Source: a virus (lineage: Duplodnaviria; Caudoviricetes). Taken from it: DNA of 36,136 nt. Below are positions 33,625-36,136 of the stretch, one piece after another (position 1 is the stretch's first letter; the number at the start of each line of letters is the position of its first letter). The DNA is taken from IMG/VR virus record IMGVR_UViG_3300011334_000166, positions 1 to 36,136 of that record; one strand, written 5' to 3'. The notes beneath the pieces are model-generated. The model did no database searches. It had not been told where the DNA came from and worked only from the letters and a program-made list of their open reading frames with translations. The position numbers were made by a program, and so were the translations under genes.

Positions 33625-34136
33625 AGTGTTTCTCCTTGCGCCGTTAATTGCGGCAATGCGTCAACAGATGCAATTAAGCCCATTTCATCATACGATGGTG
33701 CAATAACTTCTTGTTCAATTTTATCCAGTTCAGCTTCAGACTCAAATTCAGTCATGTGAACCGTAGTCCAAAGCGTATCCTCTTCTGCGTAGACCGCACG
33801 TTTAAGACCAACTTCGGAAATAAACGTGCAAGGTGCTTCCAAATGCTTTTCACCAAACTCGGTAAACACTACGACTTTACCTTTGGAAATAAAATTTAGG
33901 TGTTGATGCCGGTGAATTTTGCCAATGATCAATGTGCCTTTGGGGATCATCATCTCACGCGCGTATGTGCAGCAACCGTACTTTTCATCTTTGGGTGAAA
34001 AATAGTGCTTGAGCGTGCAGTCTTCCAGCGTAGACTCCAGCGCGCCCTGCGCGATGAGCTTTTGCAAGCCGTCTTGCACGACAAGGATGTCCTGCCGAAA
34101 CCTGACTTTATCGGAAGAATTAGCGATCTCGTTCAT
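33621..34136 (-). CDS. Cupin-like protein
   Basis: 171 aa; YAREMMIPKGTLIIGKIHRHQHLN...G.KRAVYA.EDT.WTTVH. Confidence 0.65.
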   Translation of the reverse strand: MNEIANSSDKVRFRQDILVVQDGLQKLIAQGALESTLEDCTLKHYFSPKDEKYGCCTYAREMMIPKGTLIIGKIHRHQHLNFISKGKVVVFTEFGEKHLEAPCTFISEVGLKRAVYAEEDTLWTTVHMTEFESEAELDKIEQEVIAPSYDEMGLIASVDALPQLTAQGETL

Positions 34137-34468
34137 GTCACCTCACGGCCACTGACGCGCATGTTGATAGAAGTGGCAGTGCCTGCAATGGTGCTGATGA
34201 AGTCGCCCACACCCAGCACCTGGCCCACCAACTCGGGGAATGTATAGACCTCAGACGCTTGGAGCGTTTTGGTCTTGGTGATCAAGTTGGCGTTGCCAGC
34301 AGACCCAGACACAGTGACCAAGTTGACGCTGATGGTCGCGGCAGTGGCGCTGTAGTTGGTTGCGGTGAACTTGTCGATGATAGTTGTGACGCCAGTAGCG
34401 GTGTACTGGGTGGTTTGACTGTTCTCAACATTCTTGGCGGGGACAAGGACTTTGACGGTGACTGTCAT
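34133..34468 (-). CDS. Small beta-sandwich tail-associated protein
   Basis: 111 aa, Thr-rich, YTFPELVGQVL; follows the needle/fibre-like gene. Confidence 0.6.
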   Translation of the reverse strand: MTVTVKVLVPAKNVENSQTTQYTATGVTTIIDKFTATNYSATAATISVNLVTVSGSAGNANLITKTKTLQASEVYTFPELVGQVLGVGDFISTIAGTATSINMRVSGREVT

Positions 34469-34471
34469 GGG

Positions 34472-35926
34472 TTACTCCAATAAAAGGCAATTATTAGCGG
34501 CAGCTTGCATGATGACCCAATTGGTGCCGTCAGACACCATTGTCGCCCAATTGCCTGCAACTGCCAAGAGGATTGCGGTGCCCGCCGCCCCACCGGCTTG
34601 GGGGACGACGTTGCTCGACGCTGACACCAACGTCTGGGCTTGATAGTTTTGAAAGGTCAATGTGCGGCCAGTCCATGACGATGCGGCTGGCAAGGTGACT
34701 GTACAGGTAGCGCTCGACTTATTGTTGATAAACCAAGTTTCACCGTTGGCAACCGTAAAATTGGCAGTTTTGGTGACCGGTGCTCCTGATGCTGCCGCCA
34801 ACACAGATGCTGGCGTCACATTTGTCCAATAGCCCAGTGAGGTGCTGTACTGAATCAAGTCAGTATTGGCTAACGTGCCAAACTGCACGTTGGAATCTGT
34901 GCCGCCAAGTTTTGAGCCCCGAGCAATTCCAACTTGAAATGACCCAGAGCCGCCTGCCCCCGCTTTAATTACAAGGCCAACTTGCACCTTAATGTAGGGG
35001 GCAACAGGTTCAACTTTGGTGGGGTTGCCTGTTACGGGGTTGTACCAAATAATATCATCGTCAGCCCAAACTTCACCGAAAGCCGTGCCGTTGGTGGTGA
35101 TGCCGCGCACCACGCCAAACGATGTGACACGCCCAAAACCATTAAGCGCCAAATCTTCAGTAGCTATGCCGACAATTGCATTGGCATCTGTAATCCCCGC
35201 AATCGTGGGTGCAAACGTAATAACGCCGCTGGCCCCCACAGTGCCCGTGTGGCAAACAATTTGTAATGGTGAATCTGTAATGGCCGCAGACGCTTTGCCA
35301 TAAATAAACAGTTCTTCACCAACTTGCTGAGTAATGTTGCCCCCACCCATGCCCAAATTCCAAGCACCAGTGGAACCGTCATACCACATTTTCCCTGCGG
35401 CAAGAGTGACAGCCGAGCCGTTGCTAAACTGTTGAGACAAAATGCCGCTAGCGTTGCCTGTGTCGCTAATTGTGACTACAGAATTTTGAATAATCTTGCC
35501 CGTAGTGCCGTCAAATCGGGCAACGGCATTGTCTGTGGCACTAGCAGGGCCAACAACATAGCCATAGCCTTCTATGAGGGCCGTTGGAATTGGCGTCAAG
35601 TTAAGTGCGTCAATCTGTTTTTGCATTTCTGCGGTTTGAGACACCAAGGCAGAACAGCAGTCAGTCAATACGTCAGGAACGGGTAAGGTAACGACAGGCG
35701 GCAACGTTTGCAATTCCTGATTAACCAAACGAAGCGCTGCATCGTAGGACGCAATCAAGGATACTGAGTCAGGGCCAAGGTTACCATCATCTACCACATC
35801 AGTCGCAATGTTACTAAGCGACAAAAAGAACAAATACCACGCCCGGTCGATCAACCCGGTGCGCGGGTCGATCAACGGCACCCTGGGGGGTGTAATAGGC
35901 GTTGGATTTGCGTTTGGGCTAGGCAT
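34472..35926 (-). CDS. Tail needle / fibre-like protein
   Basis: 484 aa directly after gp10-like gene; PPRVPLIDPRTG..RAWYLF N-terminus, GPASATDNAVARFDGTTG fibre motif, C-terminal TVTLPAA...SDGTNW module, ends LLLE. Confidence 0.65.
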   Translation of the reverse strand: MPSPNANPTPITPPRVPLIDPRTGLIDRAWYLFFLSLSNIATDVVDDGNLGPDSVSLIASYDAALRLVNQELQTLPPVVTLPVPDVLTDCCSALVSQTAEMQKQIDALNLTPIPTALIEGYGYVVGPASATDNAVARFDGTTGKIIQNSVVTISDTGNASGILSQQFSNGSAVTLAAGKMWYDGSTGAWNLGMGGGNITQQVGEELFIYGKASAAITDSPLQIVCHTGTVGASGVITFAPTIAGITDANAIVGIATEDLALNGFGRVTSFGVVRGITTNGTAFGEVWADDDIIWYNPVTGNPTKVEPVAPYIKVQVGLVIKAGAGGSGSFQVGIARGSKLGGTDSNVQFGTLANTDLIQYSTSLGYWTNVTPASVLAAASGAPVTKTANFTVANGETWFINNKSSATCTVTLPAASSWTGRTLTFQNYQAQTLVSASSNVVPQAGGAAGTAILLAVAGNWATMVSDGTNWVIMQAAANNCLLLE

Positions 35927-36136
35927 TGGTCGGGCTAATGATTAACTCGGCCCCCATGATGGCCACTTTGACCGGATCAGTCATGGACAACTCATAAACG
36001 CGGTCTCGCAGCTTGACTGTCATGCCTAACCGCCGCCAAAACGTTCTGTGGCCATACGCACCGATTCTGCCAAGTGGCGACCAATGCTCGTTTGACCAAG
36101 TGTGGCCGCCATCCGCCGACCAACGCAACATGGCCT
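35919..36136 (-). CDS. gp10-like protein, 3' part (continuation of 1580-1)
   Basis: ...FWRRLGMTVKLRDRVYELSMTDPVKVAIMGAELIISPTNA-stop, in frame with the 5' part via the overlap. Confidence 0.85.
   Translation of the reverse strand, partial: AMLRWSADGGHTWSNEHWSPLGRIGAYGHRTFWRRLGMTVKLRDRVYELSMTDPVKVAIMGAELIISPTNA
35980..36136. repeat. Terminal overlap, right copy
   Basis: 153/157 identical to 1-157. Confidence 0.95.

Noticed and set aside
1-36136. Genome-wide TGA recoding suggested by the VRR-NUC stop
   Set aside because: Many genes end in TGA with ATGA overlaps and all long genes are open in the standard code
35980-36136. Biological direct terminal repeat
   Set aside because: Falls inside a structural gene and is about a read length; best explained as assembly overlap

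Overview
The window is an apparently complete, circularly assembled genome (about 35,979 bp unique, with a 157-bp overlap between the two ends) of a P22-like podovirus. Host is not determinable from sequence; a Gram-negative host is inferred from the P22-type virion, GH24 endolysin and sigma70-type promoters. The late arm reads on the - strand from 13805 through the contig junction to 27558: terS, terL, portal, an unusual insert (Dps/ferritin-like protein plus five appendage/fibre genes and a chaperone-like gene), scaffold, coat, gp4- and gp10-like tail proteins, three ejection proteins and a lysis cassette. An iteron-rich non-coding region (13830-14440) precedes a + strand early operon of small unknown genes. 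A symmetric divergent promoter at 24280-24315 drives a leftward replication operon (Cas4-like nuclease, SSB-like protein, NUMOD4-HNH endonuclease, family A DNA polymerase, primase-helicase) and a rightward one (VRR-NUC, SNF2 helicase, small genes). I recognised no integrase, CI-type repressor, tRNA, CRISPR array or reverse transcriptase. The most interesting signals are: (1) a candidate split plug-and-socket appendage system built from short shared peptide motifs; (2) three accessory genes each bracketed by a duplicated RBS/start-codon junction; (3) an in-frame TGA in VRR-NUC; (4) hairpins at the RBS of the HNH and primase genes; (5) probable leaderless terS and VRR-NUC transcripts. All product calls come from motif recognition and synteny by eye; no database search was run.
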